Positions 38,766-47,509 of a stretch of 50,823 nt of DNA are shown here, piece after piece. The stretch is from a virus (lineage: Duplodnaviria; Caudoviricetes), in IMG/VR virus record IMGVR_UViG_3300010005_000035, positions 1-50,823 of that record; one strand, written 5' to 3'. The position numbers and the translations under genes were made by a program. Numbering within the stretch: the stretch's first letter is position 1; the number at the start of each line of letters is the position of its first letter. The notes under the pieces were generated by a model. The model saw only the letters and a list, made by a program, of their open reading frames with translations, had not been told where the DNA came from and did no database searches.

Positions 38766-39328
38766 GATGCAACCCGTTCGATGAGAGGATCGCGCCGGGA
38801 CATCTGCGCGACGGCGTCGCGGGCGGCGAAGTCAGGGTCGATCCGGAAAGCGAGGTGGAACCAAAGGCAGATCGCATCGGCCTGGTTGTCGTCGACGAAC
38901 TCAAGGGCTCGGGCAACGCATTCGCGCTTTACCGCGGCCTTCGCGTCATCGCGCTTGAGCCGGCCGTTGCCTTTGCCGAGAAAGGATATGCGCGCGTCGG
39001 TCGGTTTGACCTCGTCGCAGCGCACGTGAAGCAGGTTCGAGACACCAAGGATGCCCCAGCGCATGCCGGCCTGCATCATGATGGTGTCGATGTTGGTGAA
39101 GCCGGCGCCCTGCTTGCCGGCGATCGTCTGTGTCGAGAACTCGAAGGCGACGCGATCTGGCCGATACAGCCCGATCATGTCGCCGACGAACTGAAGCTGC
39201 TCCCCGGCGATCTTGCCGTGCTCAGCACCGCTCGGCGCGAGACGGTGCGTGCCACCAATCAGCTTTCCACCGATCGGGGCGAACGCCCATCCCGTCTTCA
39301 CACCGATATCGAAGGTGAGCAGCTTCAT
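38762..39328 (-). CDS. RuvC-like Holliday junction resolvase
   Basis: LTFDIGVKTGWA, VAFE, DDNQADA acidic residues. Confidence 0.8.
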   Translation of the reverse strand: MKLLTFDIGVKTGWAFAPIGGKLIGGTHRLAPSGAEHGKIAGEQLQFVGDMIGLYRPDRVAFEFSTQTIAGKQGAGFTNIDTIMMQAGMRWGILGVSNLLHVRCDEVKPTDARISFLGKGNGRLKRDDAKAAVKRECVARALEFVDDNQADAICLWFHLAFRIDPDFAARDAVAQMSRRDPLIERVAS

Positions 39329-39339
39329 CAGACCTGCCC

Positions 39340-40098
39340 TCAGTGGACCGAGGTCTTCTCGGCGGCGCGTTCGCGCTCGCGGCGCTTCAGGAACTCAGGC
39401 CGGAGGTCTTCTTCCTCGTCGTCGGCCAGCGTGAGGGCCGGCGGCGGAGGCGGAGCGGCTTCGACCGGGCCGAGACGCTGGCTCTGCTCGTCGACGTATT
39501 TTTCCGCGACGCTCGGCGCCTGCGGCGCGGCATCGGCCGCGGTCTTGCTCTTGCGCCCGCGCTTCGGCTTTTCGGTCACGGCTGGCGGAGCCGGAGGCGC
39601 AGCAGCGGAACCATCCTCTGGGAGGTCCAGCTTCTTCCGGGCGGCGCGACGATTCTCCGCGATCGCCTTGGCACCTTCGAGCTGCTTCTGGGCATCGCCA
39701 AGCGGCACACCGCCCTCGCCCGTCGGTGCGTTGTTGAGGTCGGGCTCGCCGTTCACTTCGTCATCCGATTTTTCGGTGCCGGCCTTCGACATCCTGTCGA
39801 GATCACCGGTGTGCCCCTTGTTCTCGATCTCCTCCTCCAGGATCTCGATGTAGAACTTCAGGTGGGCCAGATGCTCCTTGGCCTTGAGCTCGTTGCTCCG
39901 GCTCTTGCGATGGATGGCCGCCGCCTGCCGGAAGGCTGGACCATGCAGGTTGCCGACCTCGACCTGGGTCTTCACCCGATCGCCGTACGTGCCGGCGATG
40001 CTGGCGACCTCTTCCTTCGCCTTGTTGTTGGCGACGAATAGCGCCTTCACCACCGTGGCTTGGGCGAACTTGATTGGCGCGTCACTGCTTTGGGCCAT
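39340..40098 (-). CDS. Hypothetical protein, N-terminus weakly GapR-like
   Basis: Helical N-terminal ~90 aa followed by a disordered acidic/Pro-rich tail. Confidence 0.5.
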   Translation of the reverse strand: MAQSSDAPIKFAQATVVKALFVANNKAKEEVASIAGTYGDRVKTQVEVGNLHGPAFRQAAAIHRKSRSNELKAKEHLAHLKFYIEILEEEIENKGHTGDLDRMSKAGTEKSDDEVNGEPDLNNAPTGEGGVPLGDAQKQLEGAKAIAENRRAARKKLDLPEDGSAAAPPAPPAVTEKPKRGRKSKTAADAAPQAPSVAEKYVDEQSQRLGPVEAAPPPPPALTLADDEEEDLRPEFLKRRERERAAEKTSVH

Positions 40099-40107
40099 CT
40101 GTGGCTC

Positions 40108-40254
40108 CTATGGGTTTCGGGCGAGACGGGTTGCCTGCCGGTCGAACCAGCGGCCGAGCGCGACGAATGGCATGGGGAAGAGCATCAGCAGCCAGGCGAT
40201 GCCGCCGCACAGAGCGGCCAATCCTGCACTGGCGATGGAGAGAAGGCCCCGCAT
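40108..40254 (-). CDS. Small TM protein
   Basis: AAAGGAG RBS; 48 aa hydrophobic ORF read manually. Confidence 0.5.
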   Translation of the reverse strand: MRGLLSIASAGLAALCGGIAWLLMLFPMPFVALGRWFDRQATRLARNP

Positions 40255-40272
40255 CGGCCATCTCCTTTCAGG

Positions 40273-40620
40273 TCAAACGAGTTCCGCGATTTCGGCCCGG
40301 ATGCGGGCCTGCTCTGCCTCAAGCGCAGCAAGACGCTCGCGCCGGTGCGCGTCGTCGAGCCACTTTGGGGCCTTTGGATAGACAGCGATCAGGAAGGCCG
40401 GGCCGTAGGCGAAGATCATCCTGCTGAAGAGGATCGTGCTCGGGGTGGAGCAGCGATCCATCATCTTTTGGATGGTTTCGGGCGAGCCGCCGATATCCGC
40501 CGCGACATTCTCGGCGGTCTTCGTCGGGTAGAGCCGGCGCAGGAAGCCGATGATCCGCTCGGCCTTCTCTGTCCTCTCCGCGACGGACAAATGTCCGGCG
40601 GTGACGGGCGACTGTCGCAT
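40273..40620 (-). CDS. CII-position HTH regulator
   Basis: LRRLYPTKTAENVAADIGGSPETIQKMM...YGPAFL; start reassigned to ATG 40620 (GGAG RBS). Confidence 0.65.
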   Translation of the reverse strand: MRQSPVTAGHLSVAERTEKAERIIGFLRRLYPTKTAENVAADIGGSPETIQKMMDRCSTPSTILFSRMIFAYGPAFLIAVYPKAPKWLDDAHRRERLAALEAEQARIRAEIAELV

Positions 40621-40913
40621 CTGCATCTCCGATATTGGGGACACAGACGGAGCGGGAGCGGCCTTGGCGGGGCGCGAAGCTTCAAGGGGATTCCGGGGAG
40701 AACGGGCTGCAACCCGCGCCCCACCAGAGAATGAGGACGATGGCGATGTCGGAGAAAGCGCGAGGCCCACCATGACAGTCAGTTCTCCTCGCGAGTTGCG
40801 ACGAGAACGACCGACAATCCGAAGAACGCCACAGCATGGGCGAACCTACCTGCGCTGATGAATAGCGCGGTCACCGGGGCCGGGATGGCAATGTCGAAGT
40901 CGCTGAGCATCGA

Positions 40914-41153
40914 TCAGGACGCCTCAGCGAGCGAAGAATTCGTCGGGCGCGCCGCGATGCTTGCGAGTAGCTCGAGCGTCACGTCGGCGATGCCTCGGTC
41001 AGAAGCCGATGCGACCAGTTTCGCCCAATGTTGCGGCGGAATGCCGTCGCGGCTTTTCCAGGAACTGACCGTCCCAGCGGGAACTCCAAGGGCCTCGGCA
41101 ACCCTCGCGTAGCCGCCAAAGGCAACGATGATGTCGGCAAATGTCTGCATCAT
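40914..41153 (-). CDS. cro: Cro-like repressor
   Basis: IIVAFGGYARVAEALGVPAGTVSSWKSRDGIP; divergent from cI. Confidence 0.88.
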   Translation of the reverse strand: MMQTFADIIVAFGGYARVAEALGVPAGTVSSWKSRDGIPPQHWAKLVASASDRGIADVTLELLASIAARPTNSSLAEAS

Positions 41154-41234
41154 GCATATTTATCTGCGTTACGCAGATTCAATTGTCAAGTCGTGATTCT
41201 CGGATTTGCAGAGCGATGTTCTGCATGATGCAGC
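41144..41234. promoter_or_regulatory. OR operators (three copies, consensus TCTGCRTNRYGCAGA) and pR
   Basis: 41144-41158, perfect dyad ATCTGCGT-T-ACGCAGAT at 41162-41178, 41220-41234; TTGACA on the minus strand at 41184-41189. Confidence 0.85.
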
Positions 41235-41235
41235 T

Positions 41236-41952
41236 ATGGCTAAGCTCGATGCTAACGAACGGCTCCGCATCGCTCGCAAGCGCAGGTTCAAAACCGCGCG
41301 CGAGGCTGCAACCGCACTCGGTGTGCCTTACGGCACCTACACGGGGCACGAATCCGGAACACGTGGCTTTTCGGAAGACGTCGAGCGCTATGCGAAGGCG
41401 TTCCGCGTTCGCGCTGCTTGGCTGGCGTTCGACGAGGGGGCGATGGAGCCCGGAAGAGACGACGCGACTGCAAACCGAGTTTCGGAAGTTGGGCCGCGGA
41501 CAGAGCTTGCCGCCACAGCGCCCCCGGGCGGCAGCCGAGATCTCCCCAACCTCGGTACCGCCGTCGGTGGCGGAAGCGGAGACGGCGATTTCCGGCTCAA
41601 CGGCGAGGTGACCGAAATGGTCGCACGCCCGCCTGCTCTAGTGGGGCGCAAGAAAGCTTTCTGCGTGACTATGCAGAACACAAGCATGCATCCCGTCTAC
41701 AAGGAAGGGCGCCGCGTTTACGTCGATCCGGATGGTCTCCGGCCGGTCAATGGTGACGACGTCCTAATCGAGATGTACCCGGACGAGGACGGCGAGCCTG
41801 GCGCCTCCTATGTCAAGACATTGGTCGCTCGAGGGCCGAAAGAGATCGTCGTCACCCAATACAACCCGCCGCCGGAAAGCCTCCGATTTGACGCCGCTCG
41901 CGTGAAGCAAATGTTGCGAGTGATCCCTTATGACGAGCTGCTTGGAATTTGA
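41236..41952 (+). CDS. cI: CI repressor (HTH plus S24 peptidase)
   Basis: ERLRIARKRR...TYTGHESGTRG; catalytic Ser NTSMHP and Lys YVKTL. Confidence 0.93.
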   Translation: MAKLDANERLRIARKRRFKTAREAATALGVPYGTYTGHESGTRGFSEDVERYAKAFRVRAAWLAFDEGAMEPGRDDATANRVSEVGPRTELAATAPPGGSRDLPNLGTAVGGGSGDGDFRLNGEVTEMVARPPALVGRKKAFCVTMQNTSMHPVYKEGRRVYVDPDGLRPVNGDDVLIEMYPDEDGEPGASYVKTLVARGPKEIVVTQYNPPPESLRFDAARVKQMLRVIPYDELLGI

Positions 41953-41960
41953 TCGGCCGC

Positions 41961-42299
41961 TCACCGCGGCACGATCAGCTTCACGGGCGCTACCCACTCG
42001 ACCGCCACTCCTTCCTCGATCGCGCCATCGGCGGAGACTATCGTCCAGCCATCGCCGCCATGCGAACGGTAAATCCGCATCGAGAGATTTCGACCATCTT
42101 CAGTTCTGATCATGCAAAACCTACCAACATGCCGATCATCCGGTTTCGATCGCTCGCTCGCGTTGTAGCACATGGTCCAATTGTCCATGAGCGAACCCTG
42201 CGGATCGGCATGGATGCGCATGCCAGTGGCGGATGCGTCGAGGACATCCAGGCTGACGGTTTCCCCAGGCGCCGGTGAGGATCTCGGTCGCTTTGCCAT
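41961..42299 (-). CDS. Stand-alone degenerate S24/CI C-terminal domain
   Basis: VGRFCMIRTEDGRNLSMRI...WTIVS...VEWVAPVKLIVPR resembles CI C-terminal domains; Met at the expected catalytic Lys position; no HTH. Confidence 0.6.
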   Translation of the reverse strand: MAKRPRSSPAPGETVSLDVLDASATGMRIHADPQGSLMDNWTMCYNASERSKPDDRHVGRFCMIRTEDGRNLSMRIYRSHGGDGWTIVSADGAIEEGVAVEWVAPVKLIVPR

Positions 42300-42541
42300 C
42301 AGCTCACCTTCGGGATTGGAACGAGGCTGATGTTCTTGCCTAAGCCCCCACGCTCATAGCAGAGCGTGCAGCGAAGGCGGTTATGCAGACCAAATAGGCT
42401 GCAGGTGCCCTGACCGATGATATCCACTATTTCGGCAGCGCGTAGGCGCTTGGTCCTCCCGCAGTCGTCGCAGCTGATGTCAATTGCACGATACTGCGCA
42501 AGTTCGGGCCCTCTGATGCCCTCGGTGAATGCCAAGCTCAT
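42299..42541 (-). CDS. Zn-ribbon small protein
   Basis: CDDC...RLRCTLC; TGATG coupling to the next gene. Confidence 0.75.
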   Translation of the reverse strand: MSLAFTEGIRGPELAQYRAIDISCDDCGRTKRLRAAEIVDIIGQGTCSLFGLHNRLRCTLCYERGGLGKNISLVPIPKVS

Positions 42542-42560
42542 GTGACGCTACCCTGAGTTT

Positions 42561-42575
42561 GTTCTTGTTGCGTTC
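42561..42575 (-). promoter_or_regulatory. Alphaproteobacterial LexA (SOS) box
   Basis: GTTC-TTGTTGC-GTTC (GAAC-N7-GAAC on the minus strand), 20 bp upstream of ATG 42541. Confidence 0.8.
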
Positions 42576-42733
42576 CTATCGATTCCAGAGACCGCGGAGA
42601 GAGTCGAGAGGCTTAAGCCCTCTACTGACTCGCCCTGACAGGGGCGCGCGGCTCGGTGAACAATTTTCGCTGTGATATGCAGTACGTTGACGGTCGGAAA
42701 ATCCGTCGGTCATTCCTGAAAAAATAGGAGTGT

Positions 42734-43087
42734 TTGTTGAAAATGGTCTTCACCGTCGCCGTGGCAGTCGCACTTGCTGGCTGCGAAGCGCTAACGGTCC
42801 GGGGCTCTGCCCCAACGGGAGAGTGGACATCTAGAAGAACACTTGATGAGGCGGCGGGGTGCGTAGTTCGAGCGTTCGACTCGGTGAATACGCGGATCAC
42901 TCACGCCATACAAATCAAGGTGCCCGGCAGAGTTTATGAGATCGTGCCTCAGCAGACGCTGACCGTTGGGGCCGAAATTTACTACGCTCGGCTTGAGGCA
43001 GAGAAAGGGAACACCTTCATGCAACTCTTCAGCATCGGCGTGTTCACCCGCGACATGATGCCTGCGCTCGCAAGCTGCGCCAACTAG
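42734..43087 (+). CDS. Lipoprotein in the immunity region
   Basis: Lipobox LAGC after a hydrophobic leader; AGGAG RBS; lower GC. Confidence 0.8.
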   Translation: MLKMVFTVAVAVALAGCEALTVRGSAPTGEWTSRRTLDEAAGCVVRAFDSVNTRITHAIQIKVPGRVYEIVPQQTLTVGAEIYYARLEAEKGNTFMQLFSIGVFTRDMMPALASCAN

Positions 43088-43104
43088 CAAAAGCACGCTA
43101 GAAT

Positions 43105-43468
43105 TATCCTCTGATCAGCCTCCTATCAGACGACTGGTGAGGGGGTTGAGTTGGCATAGGACGAGACACCCCTGCCTGATCTGACGAGCTCGGCAAGGTT
43201 GTCCCGATCCATGAGACCAGACGGCCGGAGCCGGGGCTCTCACTGGCTGCGCTCGAAGCGAGCGGCGCATCTTGATCCGTACTTTCGAGCGCTCTCGTGC
43301 GCCCGCTTCCCGCCCCCGGATCTTTCGGACCAGGCTTGGCCTTGGGAAGCCCCCACGGTAGGCCATCGTCGAACCGCCCCGCCGTGTGTCACCACCGACG
43401 ACGACTCGCGATCGAGCCACCCGACCGGTGACCGACGGTCAATGGGTCGGCCCGACGGCCTCCCGCGG
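43105..43468 (-). ncRNA. Candidate large structured ncRNA
   Basis: Many nested helices with G-U pairs only on the minus strand, GNRA-type loops, no credible ORF. Confidence 0.6.
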
Positions 43469-43472
43469 ACAA

Positions 43473-43535
43473 TATGCGTTACGCAGATTTTTCTGCATTG
43501 TGCAGTTGACATTAATTCTGCGTTGTGCAGATTAT
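43473..43535 (+). promoter_or_regulatory. OL operators (three copies) and pL
   Basis: TATGCGTTACGCAGA 43473-43487, TCTGCATTGTGCAGT 43492-43506, TCTGCGTTGTGCAGA 43517-43531; TTGACA at 43506-43511. Confidence 0.85.
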
Positions 43536-43564
43536 TGCATCATACCTCCCTAACGGAGAGCGAG

Positions 43565-43831
43565 ATGCCGGTCAGCGACCGACCATACCAAGAGAGGCTT
43601 TTGCAACTTGCGGCCCGGCAGTTCGTCACTGGGGCGCTGGAAGGCTTCGATCCGCGCCTTGGCGATGCTGTCGCGGTTCCGCCGACGACCGGGGCCGACG
43701 AGTACGAGCGCGAAGCACAGGCTCTTCGCGGGGCCGATGCGATCGCAATGGAACGTCGGCAGGCTGCCTATGCCCGCTGCGTCACGTTCGCTGAGCGGTC
43801 ACGCCGGCTTCGTCATGCGAGGGCTGCTTGA
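43565..43831 (+). CDS. First early gene, hypothetical
   Basis: GGAG RBS directly after pL; 88 aa. Confidence 0.65.
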   Translation: MPVSDRPYQERLLQLAARQFVTGALEGFDPRLGDAVAVPPTTGADEYEREAQALRGADAIAMERRQAAYARCVTFAERSRRLRHARAA

Positions 43832-44055
43832 TGGCTAGCGACCTCACCAATGGCGGGCCGGCATACCAAGGCGCTCCAGCTGGCTCCCACGGCGCGCCCG
43901 GAATGACCTTGCGCGACGCTATCGCAATCGGCGCGCTGCACGGCGTCATTGCCGCAGAAGGCGAAAACATGACGCCTCCAGGCACCGCGGCGCGTCGAGC
44001 TTATGAGTATGCCGACGCGATGCTGTCTGAGCGCGCCAAGGCGGTGCGTTCATGA
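43828..44055 (+). CDS. Conserved phage hypothetical protein
   Basis: GGPAY...GMTLRD...AYEYADAMLSER, a motif common in phage early regions. Confidence 0.8.
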   Translation: MMASDLTNGGPAYQGAPAGSHGAPGMTLRDAIAIGALHGVIAAEGENMTPPGTAARRAYEYADAMLSERAKAVRS

Positions 44056-44438
44056 GGGTCGCCCTCTTCCTCCCGGTCGAATCTGAGGCCGGCGCCCTCG
44101 CCTTCGCCGCCGGCATCGATACCGGCCGCATCCCGTGCCTTCGCGAGTACCTCGACGAGGATCTCGCTCGCGAGAACTTCGCCAAATATCCCGCCGGCAT
44201 CAGCAAGCTCCTCGGGATTTTCCGGGTCGAGAACGGTGTCGCCACCCGAGTTGCCGGAGACGCGGGGTGCGCCGCCCCCTTCCCCCCAGCCAGCACACTT
44301 TGCGGCTCCGGCAAACCTTTCACGAATGCCGAGGGAGCGCCACGCGTTCGGGCGAGCGCGCTGACCGATGACCGGATCTCCAATCGTGGGGCGCGCTCCC
44401 TCGGCGCTGGGTTCGAGGAGGCCGCCGATGCTGCCTGA
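44052..44438 (+). CDS. Hypothetical protein
   Basis: ATGA overlap within the early operon. Confidence 0.5.
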   Translation: MRVALFLPVESEAGALAFAAGIDTGRIPCLREYLDEDLARENFAKYPAGISKLLGIFRVENGVATRVAGDAGCAAPFPPASTLCGSGKPFTNAEGAPRVRASALTDDRISNRGARSLGAGFEEAADAA

Positions 44439-44676
44439 ACTTGCGTGCATCCTCTCCGGCGCGCCGATCGTCGAATGCGGCCAGCTCATCGCGAAGCCCG
44501 CTCAGACGCTGGCCGACGCGTGGCCGATGACCATCATCTTAGCGCTGATCCTAGGGCTCAGCGGCTACGCGTACCTCCGGTCGATCTATCGCCACGACAT
44601 CGACTGGGAACAGGAGCCGGAGAAACCGAAGCCCCTGGTGTCTGTCGAGACTGCCGCCCGCGACGCCGGCGCCTGA
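44428..44676 (+). CDS. Small TM protein
   Basis: GAGGAGG RBS; TM segment TIILALILGLSGYAYL. Confidence 0.6.
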   Translation: MLPELACILSGAPIVECGQLIAKPAQTLADAWPMTIILALILGLSGYAYLRSIYRHDIDWEQEPEKPKPLVSVETAARDAGA

Positions 44677-44837
44677 TGTCCCGCGGCGCGCCCTCTCCCG
44701 GAGCCGTGCGCCGCCACTGCCTCGCGGTCCATGACCGCCTCAAGGCCGAGATCGCCATCCGGGCGGCCGGCCTCAACCTCACAGGATGGCGCGGCACTCG
44801 GCCGGTCATCCGCGTCCAGACGAGATCGAAGCCATGA
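44676..44837 (+). CDS. Small hypothetical protein
   Basis: TGATG and ATGA coupling; 53 aa. Confidence 0.45.
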   Translation: MSRGAPSPGAVRRHCLAVHDRLKAEIAIRAAGLNLTGWRGTRPVIRVQTRSKP

Positions 44838-45757
44838 CCGAAGACTTCAGCTGGTGGCGGGCGCAGCTCGCGGGGAAGAACCCAGAGCTCGACGACAAGC
44901 TCCCACGCGTCGGCTTCTACCGGAAGGTCGATGACCCGGTGCAAATCCGGGTCGTCAAGGACGTCATGTGGGCTTGGATCGGCCGCAAGGGCGCGCAACG
45001 TGCGGTCAAGGCTGACGACAGCTTTGCCGAGACGACCTTCTCCTTCTTCTGTCGGAACGCGATCTCGTCTGAGCTCTATGAGGCGGTGACGAACCAGGGC
45101 GCGCCGTGGCCCGAGACGCCGCCGGATGTCCGCGGCGAGATCGGCGACAATTTGCCGGCCGATCCTTTTGAGCGGCTGTCGGTCGAGCTCGAAGCCCACA
45201 AGGAGCGGATCGAGGCGTTTCTCAACGAGCCGGTGACAAGCGAGGAACAGGCGGCGAAGGCTGGTCTTTGGTCAGGCCAGGTCGATGGGATCGGAAAGCA
45301 GCTCGAAGACCTTCGCAAGGCTGAAAAGCGTCCCCTCGATGAGGCTGTGAAGGCGGTGCAGGCCAAGTTCTCGCCCAAGGTCGATCTCGCGTCGGGGCTG
45401 GCCCGGCGCCTCAAGGATCACATGTCGGCTTGGGTGCTGGCGAAGAAGCGTAGGGCCGAGACCGAAGAGCGCGAGCGGCAGGAGGCGGCGCGCAAGGCGG
45501 CTGAGAGCCTCGAGATGCCGGCGCCGCAGCCCGCGCAGACCCGGGCGCCCAGCAAAGTGGTCACCGGCGGCGTCACCGTCCGCACCTTCAAGGTGCCGGT
45601 CGTCACCGACATCAAGGCAGCCGCCGCCTTCTATGCCGGGCTTCCGAACCCGCCCCGTCAATTCGTCGAGGTCATCGAGAGCATGGCCGAGAAGAACCTG
45701 AAGGGCGGCATCGATGTGCCCGGCGTCCATCTCGAAACCCGCGAACGCGTCGCCTGA
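44834..45757 (+). CDS. Coiled-coil recombination-region protein (Gam-like, uncertain)
   Basis: GFYR, IGDN, RKAEKRP, long helix, C-terminal VPGV; directly upstream of the RecT-like gene. Confidence 0.6.
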   Translation: MTEDFSWWRAQLAGKNPELDDKLPRVGFYRKVDDPVQIRVVKDVMWAWIGRKGAQRAVKADDSFAETTFSFFCRNAISSELYEAVTNQGAPWPETPPDVRGEIGDNLPADPFERLSVELEAHKERIEAFLNEPVTSEEQAAKAGLWSGQVDGIGKQLEDLRKAEKRPLDEAVKAVQAKFSPKVDLASGLARRLKDHMSAWVLAKKRRAETEERERQEAARKAAESLEMPAPQPAQTRAPSKVVTGGVTVRTFKVPVVTDIKAAAAFYAGLPNPPRQFVEVIESMAEKNLKGGIDVPGVHLETRERVA

Positions 45758-45766
45758 GAGGCCCAC

Positions 45767-47068
45767 ATGAACGCCCTTGCCCCGGTCCAAGACAATCCGC
45801 GCCCTGCGCGCCAGATCGTCGAGGACGTCATCCCGATCCTCGATACCGCGCGCTTTGAGCACATGCAGCGGATCGCCACCATCATGGCGAATGCCAGCCT
45901 AGTTCCGGAGCAGCTTCGAACCTACCGGGAGGGCGACAAGACCTATCCGCTGCCGTTCGAGCAGATTATGGCCAACTGCTTCTTAGTCGTGAACCAGGCG
46001 ACGAAGTGGAACATGGACCCTTTCGGCGTCGCGCAGTGCGTTTCGGTCGTCAAGGGCAAGCTCTGCTACGAAGGCAAGCTAGTCGCCGCCGTCCTCGATG
46101 CGAAGCTAGGGATCGAGCTCACCTTCACCTACAACGGCAAGACCGGCGATGCTCTCGGCGTTGTGGTCTCCGGCGTCATCAATGGCGTCACTAAGACCGT
46201 CGAGGGCACTGTCGGCGGCTGGAAGACCACCGGTTCGAACTCCCCGTGGTCCTCGCCGAACAATCATCAGCGGCAGCTCGCCTATCGTGGTTCCCGTGAA
46301 TGGGCCCGCGTTCACAAACCTGCCCTGATGCTGGGCGCCTACACGGACGACGAGCTCGCCGACATGCAGGATGCCAGTCGCGCGAACAGGGCGCGAGACG
46401 TCTCCCCGCCGCCGCCTCCTCCGCCCACCATACAGCCACCCGCCACCACGCCGGCGATCGAGGACGCGCAGTTCGCCGAATCTCAGACCGCCGTGACCGA
46501 GACCTCCTCCCGCTCGGAAGCGACGCAGGACGCCGGGGCGCCGCCGCCCCTCAGCAATGATGCTCCGGCGTCCGACCCCTCCCTGTCTGAGGCGATCTCG
46601 CCCGACGACATCCTGGCGAACCTTGCGGAGGTGCTCGCGACCGCCACGGACGCCGCCTCGATCGAGGAAGGCTATGTCTATCTTGACGTCGAGGCAGAGC
46701 TGTCCGGCTTCGATGGTTATGTCGAGAAGGCGCGAGCGCTGAGAGGCGAGCACCTGGCTCGCGTCGAGAAGGTGAAGCCGGTCATCGACGAGGCTCCGGC
46801 CCCGCCGCCGACACTCGCCGACGACGAGACCAGCCAGGAGCCGGAGGAGACCAGGGCGTTCGACCTGAACGGCTGGCGCGAGATCGAGCACCAGCAGTCC
46901 TACATCGGTTACGCCGAAATGCTGGTTGACCACGCCAAGAAGGTCGGCGACTTCGCCATCGTCGAGACGTTTTGGACGGACAGCCAGCCTGTCCGGGCAA
47001 AGCTGATCCCGCTCAAGGAGCGCAACTCGCTCAAGGATGCCCTGCTGGCGCGCTGGGAGAAGGCTTGA
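45767..47068 (+). CDS. RecT-like single-strand annealing protein with long C-terminal extension
   Basis: ANCFLVVNQATKWNMDPFGVAQ...GKLCYEGKLV...QLAYRGSREWARVHKP.LMLGAYTDDE. Confidence 0.75.
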   Translation: MNALAPVQDNPRPARQIVEDVIPILDTARFEHMQRIATIMANASLVPEQLRTYREGDKTYPLPFEQIMANCFLVVNQATKWNMDPFGVAQCVSVVKGKLCYEGKLVAAVLDAKLGIELTFTYNGKTGDALGVVVSGVINGVTKTVEGTVGGWKTTGSNSPWSSPNNHQRQLAYRGSREWARVHKPALMLGAYTDDELADMQDASRANRARDVSPPPPPPPTIQPPATTPAIEDAQFAESQTAVTETSSRSEATQDAGAPPPLSNDAPASDPSLSEAISPDDILANLAEVLATATDAASIEEGYVYLDVEAELSGFDGYVEKARALRGEHLARVEKVKPVIDEAPAPPPTLADDETSQEPEETRAFDLNGWREIEHQQSYIGYAEMLVDHAKKVGDFAIVETFWTDSQPVRAKLIPLKERNSLKDALLARWEKA

Positions 47069-47071
47069 GCC

Positions 47072-47509
47072 ATGCAGCGCGGCGACGAGATCCTCGCACG
47101 ATGGGATGGCCGATCGCTCAAGGCGGTCGGCGGTCGGGATCGTGAAGCAATCGCCTCGTTCCCGATCGACACCGTGTTTTCGCTCCGGAAATGGGAGCCC
47201 GGGACGCAGTGGGCCCGCGCCTACATAACCGTGTTCAGCGAGCTCGCCGCCGATGCGCTTCCTGAGATCGCCGACAAGGACGAGCTGAAGACCACGACGA
47301 AAATCCAGCACCGCTGGATTGACGGCGTCCAGGTCGAGGCTGATGGCAGCGGTGCCGCTCGCTACAAGTCCGTCGGCAAGATGGATCAGGACGAGCTCAC
47401 TCGCTTCACCGAGCAGATGAAGCAGCTCGCCGGCGAGCTTGGCCTCGATGTCGAAGGGCTTGATCGCGAGACCCGCGAGCGCATCAAGCCGCGGAGGGCG
47501 CGGGCATGA
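47072..47509 (+). CDS. DUF1367-like protein
   Basis: KSVGKMDQDELTRF motif; position in the early operon. Confidence 0.5.
   Translation: MQRGDEILARWDGRSLKAVGGRDREAIASFPIDTVFSLRKWEPGTQWARAYITVFSELAADALPEIADKDELKTTTKIQHRWIDGVQVEADGSGAARYKSVGKMDQDELTRFTEQMKQLAGELGLDVEGLDRETRERIKPRRARA

Noticed and set aside
43181-43188. CTGACGAG as a hammerhead ribozyme core
   Set aside because: No stem II followed by GAAA, and the surrounding structure favours the opposite strand
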